Assembly (NCBI RefSeq): GCF_009914755.1
Contig: NC_060940.1
Reading direction: 5' to 3' (one strand)
From: the human T2T-CHM13v2.0 reference genome, Homo sapiens
DNA length: 64,000 nt
Shown: in pieces, positions 29,041-41,284 of the stretch
Position numbering within the stretch: position 1 is the first letter of the stretch
How the letters are laid out: the number at the start of each line of letters is the position of its first letter
Position numbers and translations under genes: made by a program
Notes under the pieces: generated by a model
The model's input: the letters and a program-made list of their open reading frames with translations, nothing else
The model's database searches: none
Told to the model about the DNA's origin: nothing

Positions 29041-29620
29041 GATGACAGCTGATGATGTTATGGAAGAAAAATCAAAGTGTAGGGATGAAGAAGACTGAGG
29101 GTAGTGTTTCATTAGAGTGCTTATGGGAGGCTTCTCAGAGGAGGCAGCATTTGAACGGAGACTTGAGTGAAGTGAGGAAGCAAACCATGTGGACATTTGC
29201 TGCAGCATGTTCTGGGCTGAGGCATAGCAGCACAGAGGTGCTGAGGCAGGAGTGGGGTTGGCGGGTTCCAGAAATGTCCAGGAGGCAAGGTGGCTGGAGT
29301 GGAGTGAGTAATTCAAGGCAATGTCGGAAAAGTGGGCAGGAGCCAGATCAGTTAGGGCCCTGTTAGGGTTCAGTTAGGGTCGGCCGTGGTGAGGACTTAA
29401 TCCACACGTGAGGGACAGGCAGGGGGCTCTGAGCGGTGGGGGGATGTGATTCGAATTTTCTTTTATTAGCAGCATGTTAGCTGCTGAATGGAGGCCAGAT
29501 GGGGAGAAAGGGGGCGGGGAGCAGAGGAGAAACGTAGAGCCCAAAAGGAGATTGTCACCGTGGTCCAGATAAAAGATGACAGTGGCTTATATTACATTAT
29601 TATGGTGGCAATGGTAAGAG
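29041..29620 (-). mobile_element. L2 fragment
   Basis: ggaggcttctcagaggaggcagcatttgaacggagacttgagtgaagtgagg. Confidence 0.8.
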
Positions 29621-29652
29621 ATGATTAGGTTGAGTTATGTGGTGGTGGTTTT

Positions 29653-29781
29653 GTGTGAGTATGTTTGTGTGCATGAGTGTGTGTGTGTGCGTGTGTGTGT
29701 GTGAGAGAGTTTTATGGTATGATTTGCTGCTGCTGCTTCTGCTGTTAGCGAGGGTGTGTGTGTGTGTGAAAGAGAGAGAGA
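29653..29781. repeat. Compound (TG)n/(GA)n microsatellites
   Basis: Two TG runs, each followed by GA runs. Confidence 0.9.
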
Positions 29782-30459
29782 AATGTGGCTCAACTCAGAA
29801 TTATGTCATAGGAAAAAATAGGAACGTAGCAACGGTTCAGCCAGGGCTCAGTCAGTCTAGGTAGATTTGATGTTAATGAATCCAGACAAATGAAAAAAGT
29901 CATCAAACAGCATCTTCCCCAAAATGCAATATAAATTCAGCAAATGGATAAGCTGATGCTACTTCTGTTTCTACTCAACATGAGGACAATTACAGCTAAA
30001 CACCTTGGAGAAAGTTATCCAGTGTATAAGTTTTGCTAATTCCATTTCTAAAATAGCTGTAAAGTCTTTGCCTGCTCGTGGTGGGGATAATTAAAACTAA
30101 TGAAGTGAATTTAGGGGTGCGCATCAGAGACTGAGCAGAGAGAATCTGACGGTGATTACAGACAGGCTGCTGCTGCTTTGAAGGTAATCGTTGAGCGACC
30201 CTTCTTCATTTGTATTCATGAAGATAAGGAACCATTTTTGGGAGGCTGGTAAACATTTCAGAGGAACCATCCACATGTCACATTTTACAATTTAGAATTC
30301 TCCATTACAATTCGGGAGTTCTAGGGTTTTAGCTACTGTTTACAAATGACTAAGCATGAGACATTATAAGTCTTCTATTCTCATTCTGAATAATAAATTT
30401 AAGAGATGAAAAGCTAGAGATAGGAGGGGCAGAAGGGAGAGAGGAAAAGAAAGAAACAC

Positions 30460-31280
30460 ACTCATTTATGTATTTATGGTATATAAATATTTATTGAGTA
30501 CCTATTATGTACGAGACCCTGTTGTGTGCCAGATTGTGTTCAAGATATAGAAGATACATAAACAAAATAGACAAGGCCTCTCTTCCCACGTCTAGTGGGG
30601 AGAAGCAAAAACAGAAAAAATATTAGTTGGTGATAATTCTTGCTATGCAAGAATAAAAACAGAAGATGAGTCAGAGGGAGACTGAGTGGTCAAGTTGTCT
30701 CAAAGATTGTGATTTTTAAGTTGAGATCCAATGATGAGAAGGAAACAGACACCTAAAAATCAAAAAGAGAACATTTGAAGCTAAGTACTTGATGGGGCAA
30801 AGGAACAGAGGGAGACCACATGGCTGATGCAGAGTGTGTAAGTTCAGTTTTCAAAACTCACTTTGATATTGCATGGAGTGTGCTGTGGAGGGGCAAGAGT
30901 GAGACAGGAAGACCCCTAAGGAGGCTCCAGCAACCGTCCCGTTGAGACAGGGTGATGCCTTGGGCCAGGAGAGTGGTGGAGGAGGTGGAGAGCTGTGAAT
31001 AGAGTCAGTCACTGGTTTGAAGGTGGGATTGCTGAGTTTTGCTAATGAGAAGAAGAGGAATCAAGATAGCTTGAGAGTTTTTGGTTGACTGGTGGAGAGA
31101 TGACGGTGCCATGTACCAGGATGGAGAAGAGCTGGGGGAGAAGCAGCATGGGAAGGGTGGTTAGACTTCCTGAGTCTGGGTTTGGGTATCTTAACACTGA
31201 GATGCCATTTAGATATTCAAGTGGAGAAATTGAATGCATTTAATTAGAAGTTGAATTAGACGTTCAAGTGGAGAAGTTGA
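30460..31280 (-). mobile_element. L2 fragment
   Basis: aaatatttattgagtacctattatgt terminus; gagatgccatttagatattcaagtggaga. Confidence 0.85.
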
Positions 31281-31499
31281 AACAGAGATTCATGATGACA
31301 CAGAGGAATAGAGACTAAGGGAGCAGAGAGGAAGAAGAGTAACAGAGTAGAGATGCTAAGGTCTCTTCTTGCAGCCCTGGGAACTCTTCTTGTCTTCACG
31401 TCATAGGACCCCGGATAGAGGATCAAGCTGTCCCCTCAAATTCTCTGTCCTTACGATCCTCAAAAACATTAGTTTCTTCCTACTGAGCTCTAGTTCAAA

Positions 31500-31980
31500 C
31501 CCTGGCTGTGGCATCATACAGACCTGGGTTCAAATTGCAGGATTGCCACTTACTATGTGTAAAATCTTGGGCAACTCATACAATGTATCTGAGCCTTATT
31601 TTCTTGATCTTTAAAATGAGAATAATACGACTGGCCTCATGGATTATAGAGATAGTAATAGCGAGACTTTGTGGAGTATTTATCGCATTATACATCTTAT
31701 TTCATTTTATCCTGAACACAGTCCTAAGAGGTAAGGAATACAATTGCTCCCATTCTACAGATGAAAAAATTGAGGCTCAGAGAGGTTACATGACTGGTTC
31801 AAAACACCACATCTACAAGCCAGGAGAGAGAAAGTGACTTCTCCAAGTTTATATCGTTCGTCAGTGCCCACAGTGGTATTCAAACTGGGGCAGCTTGGCT
31901 TCAGAGCCTGGACTCCATTCCTTCTTTTTTTTTTTTTTTTTTTTACCATAGAACTTGACACATAGTAAGTGCCCCAGAAA
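31500..31980. mobile_element. Plus-strand MIR interrupted by a minus-strand MIR (about 31655-31920)
   Basis: ctgagccttattttcttgatctttaaaatgag (+) and cccattctacagatgaaaaaattgaggctcagagagg (-). Confidence 0.75.
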
Positions 31981-33094
31981 ACGAGAGATGCTTGCTTTTC
32001 ATTGCTTTTGTTCTTATTACCACATCGTATTTTAATACCTATTTACCAGTTTGCTTCCACATTAGGCTCTCGAATTCCTCAAGGGCAGGGACTGTGACTT
32101 AGCCACAGCTGTGTCACCCTTGCCTGGCACGAAATGTGGTACTCAGCAGGTGTGCAGTAGATGTTGCTTAAATAGAGAGCACAACTGCAGGACAGGCAGC
32201 CAGAATTCCTTTATCTGCAATTCTTCCAGTGAATTCCTTTATTGTAATCCTTCCAATAAAGTATATTTCCTCTGTGTTTGAAAGAAGACACTCTCTTTTC
32301 CCAAATGGAAGAAACTTTACCAGTCCACAGGAGATGAGGTAGATGACGGAAGAAATACTTCAGCAAGTTCTTTCACCCTTGAGGTTCACCCTCAGCAAAC
32401 AGAGTGTCTCATCAAAACAGGAATTAAAGCAATAAGTTGTATCTGGCATCAGCCAAGTGCCCACACAAAGGCTAAACATAGCATAAGGGAAAGAAAAGAC
32501 TCCATGAGGCAGAACAGGAAACTTCTTCTAATTCATTCTGTTTCCAGCATGTGAGACAGTCAGTGTGTCGTGGGCAAGACAATCAAATTGAAATATGGCC
32601 CAGCTAAACACAAGCGCTGTTCACATGGGAAGGTCAAGAAATGCAACGACAAACTTTTCGGGGAGGTAGGCGGAATGAGGTCCTTAAGGGGAGTTCTAAT
32701 TATCTAGGCTGTGTCCATTTCAGAGCTTGGGGCTGGCCTAAAGAAACACAAAGTCCCCAGGCTCCAGTGAGATGGTTATTTAATAATAAGAGAAATAAAT
32801 CAGGAGGGGTTTATGATAGCTTTGCCGTCAGTCTGTGCCTCTGAGACTGCAAATCATTTCATATGAAAATGATGAAGTGTGTCAGTCTGCACCCTTGATC
32901 TTGGAATGTGAATGTCCATGAGGATTGTGCTGGCTGTGGGGGTCTCAGGGAAGAAGTACGGTGATGCTATGGCAGTCCCCCTTTCCCACATCTCCTGAGA
33001 TCCCTCGAGCACTGCAGCAAGGAGGTTACTGTTGGTACTTAGGGATGTGGGAGCACAGAGCTGCTGGGGATATGGTGTAAAACTTGGAAGGCTC

Positions 33095-33390
33095 AGCTGG
33101 GTGTGGTGGCTCATTCCTGTAATCCCAGCACTTTGGAAGGCCGAGGCGGGCAGATCACTTGAGGTCAGGAGTTGGAGACCAGCCTGGTCAACATGGTGAA
33201 ACCCCATCTCTACTAAAAATACAAAAATTAGCTGGATGTGGTGGGACGGCACCTGTCATCCCAGCTACTTGGGAGATTGAGGCATGAGAATAGCTTGAAC
33301 CGGGAGGCAGAGGTTGCAGTGAGCCAAGATCGTACCACTGCACTCTAGCCTGGGTGACAAAGTGAGACTCTGTCTGGAAAACAAACAAAC
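33095..33390 (+). mobile_element. Alu (AluSx/Sz-type)
   Basis: TSD aaacttggaaggctca/aaacttggaagactca. Confidence 0.95.
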
Positions 33391-33785
33391 AAACTTGGAA
33401 GACTCACCACATTCTGAAAGCATTGTCTGTTGGTATAAATCTCCTAACTCCTGAGTGAGCATCTCACCTCTCCTGCTTCATCTACTGCCCCCCTGCAGGG
33501 ATTGGCTGTGGGAGGGAGAGAGATAGTGGGAACACTCTCAGATGATCTCGGAGTGGACCCCAAGTCCATTGGACCCAGATTCTAAATTTCCCCCATTCCT
33601 GCCCCATTCCTCTCTCTGCTTCACCCCATCAACACCACTGACATAAAAACCATTTTATGCTATTGTAGCACTGTAGAATTTCCATGGAGTTTAAAATCTG
33701 GTTCAAGCTCCCACCCAGCACAGGAATCTTCCTGCTGTAACCCCCTTGAAGGGGGTATTGTTGTTCTTCTTGACTACTTCTGAAA

Positions 33786-34001
33786 CAGGATTCCCAACCA
33801 GAGATGATTTTGCCCCTCAGGAGACACGTGGTGATATCTGGCGACATTTTTGGTTGTCGCGACCTGGGGAGAGTTGCTACTGGCATCTGGTAGGTTGAGA
33901 CGAGGGGTGCTGCTAATCACCCCACAATGCACAGGGTGACCCGTCGTGACAAGGCATTATCGAGCCCCAAGTGTCAATAGTGCCAAAATTGAGAAGTGCT
34001 G
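33786..34001 (+). mobile_element. MER20 MITE, apparently inside an L3/CR1 relic (about 33670-34050)
   Basis: gatgattttgcccctcaggagaca ... gtcaatagtgccaaaattgagaagtgctg. Confidence 0.9.
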
Positions 34002-34815
34002 CTTTAGAGGTAGGAAGCTCATCACCTATTCTCAGGACGGTGAGCCGTCCTTTATTTTCAGATAATTCTAGTCAGTATAAGAAAGGCAGATGTTTAAGAG
34101 GCAGGTGGCTTTGGTACAAACTTACATGGAGAAAGTTGAGATTACAAAATTCTGGGTATTGCCAATGGGACTGAAGAAATTCCTACTAGTGACACCAAAA
34201 GGGTTGAAACAAGGTTGCCCAAAGTTATTTCCAATGCAGGTATCCAGATTTCACTGAATGTCTCAGACCACAGTGGGTCCAAGAGTTGGAAGTCTATATC
34301 TAAAATCAGAAATGCAGTGGGCATTATAATTTTAAAAAGGTAGACATGGAGAAATGCAGCCCCTCCCTGAAAATGCACAGTGAAAGAAATTGAAAATGAA
34401 ATGAAATTGAAATGAAATGACAATCATGGAAAACCAGGATTTTCGAAGTGAGGACTAATGAATAAGAAATAGCAAATGGAAATGGGTTGTATAGTAGCTA
34501 TAATTACTGATTTATTATGTGCTGACAGTCCCTGATACTCTTTCATTCTATCTCTCGATGCTGTCTTTATTGTTGTGTTTAGGTGAGTGTAAACATGTAT
34601 AGTAGCTGGATGAGATTCCCTTCTCTATTATTGGCAGACTGGCAGTCTTTAGTAAGACAGAATAAAGAGACTGAGGTTTCATTAGTAGAACAGTGACAAC
34701 TACATTACACTCAGAGAAAAAGTCAGTATTAACAGGAAAAGGGTGTGTTCTGAAAAATACTATTGTGCAAATTACATTTTTTTTTCTAAAAAGTAAGGGT
34801 TGGTTGGCTATAGAT

Positions 34816-35040
34816 CAATGGCCTCTAAACTTTTTTGGTTGTGCACTGAATTAGAATTTTTCGAACATTTCCACGCAATATATATGTTTACTTATTTTTA
34901 AGTTGTCAACACATACTATTGTGTTTGTATATTGTGTATCTTATAAAACACATATTAAAATAGACATTAAAAAGATAATGATAACAGATATTTTCTTTAT
35001 GCACCCCAGTAAATTGTTCTGCCCAACCTCAGCCACTAGT
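34816..35040 (+). mobile_element. hAT-Charlie MITE (MER112-like)
   Basis: caatggcctctaaacttttttg start, AT-rich core, gcacccca near the end. Confidence 0.55.
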
Positions 35041-35064
35041 ATGAATGCTCACCTCTCAGGAAAA

Positions 35065-35320
35065 GCAGTTAACATGTGTTGCACCTACTGTGTACAGGCA
35101 CTGTCCTCACACTTTATGCATGTTAGCTCATTTAACCCTCCTAACAGCCCCAGTAGGGAGAAACAATTGCAATTCCCACTTCACAGATAAACGAATGGAG
35201 GCATAGAGAGGTTAAGTAACTTTCCCAGTAACAGATCCAGCTGATCGGTGGGAGATCAGGAATTCAAAACTAATGAGACTGGCTCCAGAATGCCTGTCTT
35301 AACCACTGCACTCTGCCATC
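35065..35320 (-). mobile_element. MIR SINE
   Basis: ggaggcatagagaggttaagtaacttt core. Confidence 0.85.
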
Positions 35321-35512
35321 TCTCACCCGAGGAAAGTGAAGAGCTTGATGCTTTTTCCTACAAAAGAGGAAGGAATCAGAGGTGATGTTCAGGAGCCAAG
35401 GGCTGTAAGGAGTTTCTTCATTGATAGAGCCAGACCCTGGCAGAGAAATAGAAAATACCAAGGGTATGAGGGTAAGGAGAGGAGAAAGAGGCAAGAGGCT
35501 GGAGAAAGGAAA

Positions 35513-35550
35513 GACTCCCAGGGACGACTCCCAGGGACGACTCCCAGAGG
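35513..35550. repeat. 13-bp tandem repeat gactcccagggac x2.7
   Basis: Direct reading. Confidence 0.9.
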
Positions 35551-36203
35551 TGGACCCTGATTAGGTTGAAATGCATTTTGAAGGGAATTATTTGCACTAC
35601 CTGCTGCACTTCATGAGTGGTCAAGATTCAGTGTTAGGTTTTCTTTCTGGTAATAATTGGACCCATCTTTTGGATGCCAGGCAAGTTGGAGGCGTTACTA
35701 TGATAAAGCCCTTCATGAGTTTGCTCCTAACCTTGATTCCCTGAGCTTTTTCCCATTTTTCTCCCAAAGTTTAGTGTCCTCTACCACATGCTTACTACAG
35801 TGGAGAGCTCCAGAAGCTAAACTTTCAATATAGAGGTGGGAACACTCTTATTTTTTATATGAACTCATACTTTCTGTACAAGCCTTTGCAGATCCTTTCA
35901 GCATCTGAGCAATCATATAGCTAGAATTATAGCAGATGAAATCTTAGGGACCCCATGGTCCAACCTATTCCTCCTAGATTAGGACTAGAGAGGGCAAGAG
36001 CCTTGGCTGAGGTGTCCTGTGCTGCATGCATTAGTCCTATATCGCTGGTATGCTGGCTAGATCTTTGCATGCTGGCAGGTCAGATTTGAAAAATATTTTT
36101 TAGCTTGAGGATTTACAAGGGTGAAGTCAGCTCAGTGCCAGTCGGAAGGCAAATTTTTGTTTTCTCTTAAACTATTGAGAAGTATGATTATACTTAAGGT
36201 CCC

Positions 36204-36610
36204 TGCTATGGGCTGGGTTTTGTCCCCGCAAAGTTCATATGTTGAAGCCCTAACCCACAGCACTACAGAATGTAACTTTTTGGAGATAGGGTCTTTAAAG
36301 AGACGATTAAGTTAATATCATGGCTGTTGGGGTGGGTTCTAATCCAATGTGACTAGCATCCTTATGAGAAGAGGAAATCTGGACATAGAGATACACCAGG
36401 GGTGTGTCTGCACGGAGGAAAGATCATGTGAGGATACAGCAAGAAGATGGCCATCCAGAAGCCAAGGAGAGAGACCTCCTAATGAAACCAATGCTGCGGA
36501 CACCTTCATCTTGGACTTCCAGCCTCCAAAACTGTTGGAAAATAATTTTCAGTTGTTTAAGCCACCCACTCTGAGGTATTTTGTTATGGCGGCCCTAGCA
36601 AACTAATATG
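36204..36610 (+). mobile_element. MaLR LTR (MLT1A-like)
   Basis: tgctatgggctg...aaagttcatatgttgaagccctaaccc; TSD gtccc/gtcct. Confidence 0.92.
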
Positions 36611-37480
36611 GTCCTCTTTACTCCTTATAGTAATGATACTAGTAGCTAATATTTATCTTCAAATGCATTTATCACTTAATCTCCATAAATTGTGTGACGT
36701 CAATGAAAGAATTAGCTTCATTTTACACATGAAAAAACTGAGACTAATAGAAGTTAGGATAGAGCTGGGCCTGTTGATGTTCCAAAGCCATGCTCTTACT
36801 ATGGGGGTTGTTAGAGTAATAATGGGGTCACAGTAGTCAGGAATTCTCAGACAGGGGGATGATGCCACTGTGTCACTTCCTGTTTCACAGGAAGTAGGAC
36901 AGAGCAATGGAGGGAAGCCAGATTTAATGTCAGAAGTCTGGACCATCAATTTTATCCCTTCCCATTGCCTCCTTTTAAATTTTAGTCAATTCAATAAATA
37001 TTTTCAACTCCTCGTCTGTACCAGGCACCAAGCCACAGAATGGAGTTCTGGCAATGAACACTGCAGACATGGCCGCCTTTAGCCTCATGGAGCTTAGGGT
37101 CTGGGAGCATTGTCAGTTTCTGAATCCTCCAAGTGCTAAACTATCTTCTCTCTTCAAATTAGAGAAAAGAAATGAGACAGCAGGCCTGCTTCTTTGAGTG
37201 TTTTTTTCTTTTTTGTTTCCGTTTTCTGACAACCATACTTCACGTCTGACAGAGGAAATGATTCTTTTTGTCAGTGATAAATTTATGAGTTTTGACTGTT
37301 TGTGAAGTTCCCTAATTAATTCTTTATAGACTTCTATTGGCAACTGAATTTGTGTTTTGAGTTAAAAATGGGAGTTCAGATGAATTACAGTTGAACATTC
37401 TGCTCCCTTTGAAGAGCTCATACTCCACATTCTACGCTGTTAATCTCTCTGCTTACTGAGAGGCACCGTTTGTCTTGCAG

Positions 37481-37549
37481 TGACGCACGGCGGGTGGTTA
37501 CCATGGCATAGGAAAACATTGCCAGCGCTGGCCCTGTCGTCATGGAACC
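37481..37549. promoter_or_regulatory. Candidate RFX X-box pair plus CRE half-site
   Basis: TGACGCA 37481, GTTACCATGGCATA 37497-37510, GTCGTCATGGAACC 37536-37549; local CpG enrichment. Confidence 0.45.
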
Positions 37550-37719
37550 CCTGGGCCATCTCCTGAGAAACTTGGTAAGGGCTCCCAAGCCGCCCATACC
37601 TCCTTGGCACCACAAGTGTAGCTTTTTATTTTGTGTGTGGGCAGCTTGACATCTGCACCTGACCAAGAGATTGATGTGGCTAAACAAATTTAGGAAATGA
37701 GCAGCAGTGGATCTCTGTT

Positions 37720-38370
37720 CAGAGAGGGAGGAGGAGAGAGAAGGAGGGAGGGAAGAAAGGAGAGAGGGAGAGAGCCAGAAAACAGAGCAAGATAAAGGAA
37801 GAGAATGCACCTGAAATAGACACAAGGATAAATGGATCAAGGAGAGAGGAGAAACAGATAATCACAACAGCGAATATTTGTTAAATGCATGCTCTTTGCC
37901 AGGTATGATGGTCGGGGCTCTGGCCGCATTATTGTATTTCTTCTTCATGATGACCCTGTGCAGTAGAAACTTTGTTATTTTCCTTACTTTCAAAGTGTAA
38001 AAACAAGCTCAGAGAGACTAAATAAATTACCCAAGTTCACACAGTTCTTCAAGTATGGAGCCAGTCTGCAAATTCAGGCAGATGAATTTAGAGGATACAC
38101 TTTAAATGCCTATGGTTGGGAGTCAGAGTGGGTAAGAGAATTATAAAGAAAGAGGTTGAGAGAATTGACACGCACATACACAGAGAGAGAAAGGGAGAGA
38201 GAGAGAGAGAGAGAGTGATTTACAGAAAGAGACAGTGTGAGACATGGGAGAGTGAGAAAAATACAAAGAATTTAAAGAAGTGTGTAGAAAGAGTCTGAGA
38301 TAGTTGACATGCACACAGAGAAAAACAGAGAGGCAGAAACAGACAGACGGAGAGAGAAGACTTTTGCAAA
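37720..38370. repeat. GA-rich low-complexity tracts flanking a minus-strand MIR (about 37865-38110)
   Basis: (GA)n and GGAGAG runs; MIR core aagctcagagagactaaataaattacccaag. Confidence 0.75.
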
Positions 38371-39966
38371 AACAACAGAAAAACAACCCTTCCTTTATGT
38401 AAGACTAAAATATCTGAGAAAATAACAGCATGGATTCTGTGATTTTCATGGCAAGGCATTTTTGTTTTACTTAGTTTACATTATCATTCACACTGTGGAA
38501 ACGCTGAAATGGAAGAAATAATTTGCAGTGGGATACAGCCAGTCTTTGGAGACACAGGTCTCTGAATTCAGAGCTCTGACTCCAGAGCATGTGTGTTTTT
38601 CCCGGAGTGTGGTGACGGCAGCATGAAAATTTTCAGGGGTGCGTGATAGGTGAAGGAAGGAAGCAGAAATGGAAGGGCTGAGATCATCTGAGTTTCTTTT
38701 ACCCTCACAGAGGCCAACCTGAGTTGCACATTTTTCTTGGTCCTTCCTAGTGACATTTTTCAAGGTCCTTCCCTTGGTGATGAGCTCAGGGGAGCATTGA
38801 CTGCCTGGGAGCCAAGGCTGTTAGCTATATTACACATGGCATCCCATTAACTCCTTACAACAGGCTATGTTTGAGGGATATAATCCTTATTATGTACATA
38901 AAGGAAAAGGGCACAGAGAGATTAACTATTTCAAGTTCACACAGCTTGCAGGTGGTAAAACTAGAACTAGAATCCTAGCAACCTATATCAAGAGCCCTTG
39001 ACCCTAGGCTCACATTGAAGGCAAAATGCTCAGAGTACACAGACCCTGGAGGAGCAGCAGTTTTTCTAGGTATCCTTTACGGCGATCCTTATTTGCAAGG
39101 AGACTGTGGAGGGCATGTGCGTCTATCATATGAGTAGGTCAAACCTCCATGAGTTTTAGTAAGGAAAACAAGTCTAAATTAGCTTGGACACAAACGCTAG
39201 GGGACTTCTAATTCCTTACTACGTGCAACCAGGCAAGGATGATGCCATCAAGAGTTTTATCCACCATCATCTTTGGTGCCAAATGCAACAGATTAGGCAT
39301 TGCCAAACAGTTTCTGGTTCAGTCCTGCTACACTGAATCTGTAATGCTAGGGCTCAGAGAAGGGCAAGAATCCATCCTCTGTGTGTACTTGACATTGATT
39401 TGAGCTGTGATCAGTCAAAAGACCCTTATCACACAGATCAACATGGAATTTGGAAAAACAACAACAACAAGAATATTGGTGACAACAACAACAACAACGA
39501 GTGGGTCCCAAGAGCAGAGCACTAAGCTTAATTAACAGATAAGTACCTACTAGGGAGGAGAGGTGAAGTAGAAGTAAAATGCTTGGGCTGTGGAATAGCA
39601 CAGACCTATATTTTAGCTTAGTGAACTCTTACAGTTATAAGCTATGTAACCTTAAGAAAATGATCGAACTTCTCTGAAATACAATTGCACTGCAAATCTT
39701 GTACTTTCACTATTACATGAAACACAGAAGCTAATTGAAACACAGTTCTTACTCTTGAGTAAAACAGGTAATTACTTAACTATAGATCATTGATGAGATA
39801 ATTATAGGTAACTATAGATACAGGTAATTGATGAGAACTACATCAGAGCTATCCCCAAAGGTTAGAAAAATTGATCAGGGATAGAGACGTCAGGAAGAGG
39901 TTCTAGATGGGACAAGACTTGAGCTGTAATCATCATCACTGTCATCATCGTCACTGTTGACAATAT

Positions 39967-40532
39967 TGTTATAGGACCAACAGATGCATATCCTCACTGC
40001 AATTTAACAGACCAATACAGTGACACAGCAGGGTTTACAGCAGAGAAAGGCACTGAGTGAGGAAATTGGAGGAGACTCTGAAATCCATCTCCCCAAGGAG
40101 TTCTGGGCTAGGGTTTTTAAGGGGATCATGGAGGGCAAGGGGCTGGAAATTTGGGTCATTGGTTGGTTGGGGTAAGGAGTATGAAATCATCAGGACTTGG
40201 AAACCGCATTTCTTGATGAGTCAGTTTCTCATGGAGGCCTTCAGACCAGATGATGTCAATAGTTTCACTGATATGTAGGACCTAAAAGAATATCTCAATT
40301 GAAAAACTGAATATTTTATAATGTTCAAGTTATTATCTCTAGAGCAGTTAAGGGGAACTATAATCTTATAAGAGGGTGCGCATGATTCTAAAACAATAGA
40401 CACCAAACAGCTATGAGCGAGCAAGCTGACCTAATGATGAATGCTGCGTGTACTGCAAACTTGGTTTGTTTTTGTTTTTCTCCCTTTCTTCTTTACTGAT
40501 AGACTTTTATGCAGTATATAGGGACAATTTCA
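39967..40532 (-). mobile_element. ERV1 solo LTR (LTR26-like), same family as 1550-2133
   Basis: TG...CA termini; TSD atat/acat; reverse-complement homology to 1550-2133. Confidence 0.88.
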
Positions 40533-41284
40533 ACATTAACTATCATCTTTTGAATATTAGTGGTGAGCCAGGATGCCACTATAGGATCCACGCATTCTAC
40601 ATTTACTTCTCAGAGTCACCCTGAATTATTTATCTCAGGTTACACAAGAGGAGCCTAAAGCTAGCTTCAAGATGTATCTGGCACATGGCTGGTACTTGCT
40701 TAAGGTCACGGAGCTAGGAAAGAGCTGAGATTCAGGCTCATATCCACCTGACTGCAAGTTCAGGTAGACCTCAGAAAAGATACTTATTTATGGCTTTACT
40801 CTCTAGCTGAATTTCTAAAATGTTGTTTGTAAGTCTTTTCCCTTTAAAATTGAACTACATTTTATTATGGGCTTCTGTTATAATTTCAGGGATAATAAAT
40901 CGTCATCACTGATCTCTTCCATTGCCCCCAGCTTTTCTAACCTCAGTTTATGTTATTTACGGTCACAGCGTTCTCTCAGTCACTCTGCCAAGTAGCTAAT
41001 GGTGTATAAACACATGCTTAAGTCCACCCAGGAATGTTGTTGCTAGACTTCCCTTTGGTAGATTGAAAATTTCTATTGTTCTGAGAGTACAGGTCCCTGC
41101 ATTTTCAGAAGAGCATGTCTGTCTATCGAAGCTGCATTTAATTGACATCAACACGTTGCTGCTGCTCTGCTGAATAATATTTTCCTGATTCCAATGGAGA
41201 CGTCCCTCTGCATTAGTTATTAAGAATCTTTTGCCTTTCAATAACAAAGCTCATTTTGACTCAGCTTGGTCAAGAAGCAATTTA

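Noticed and set aside
29352-29379. Three TTAGGG hexamers at 11-bp spacing
   Set aside because: Local duplication within an L2, not a contiguous telomeric array; only three G-runs
32203-32257. Diverged 28-bp tandem duplication (gaattcctttat...)
   Set aside because: Ordinary slippage duplication with no further signal
33486-33500. CTCF-like ccctgcaggggggca on the minus strand
   Set aside because: Six Gs shift the register and lose the conserved C
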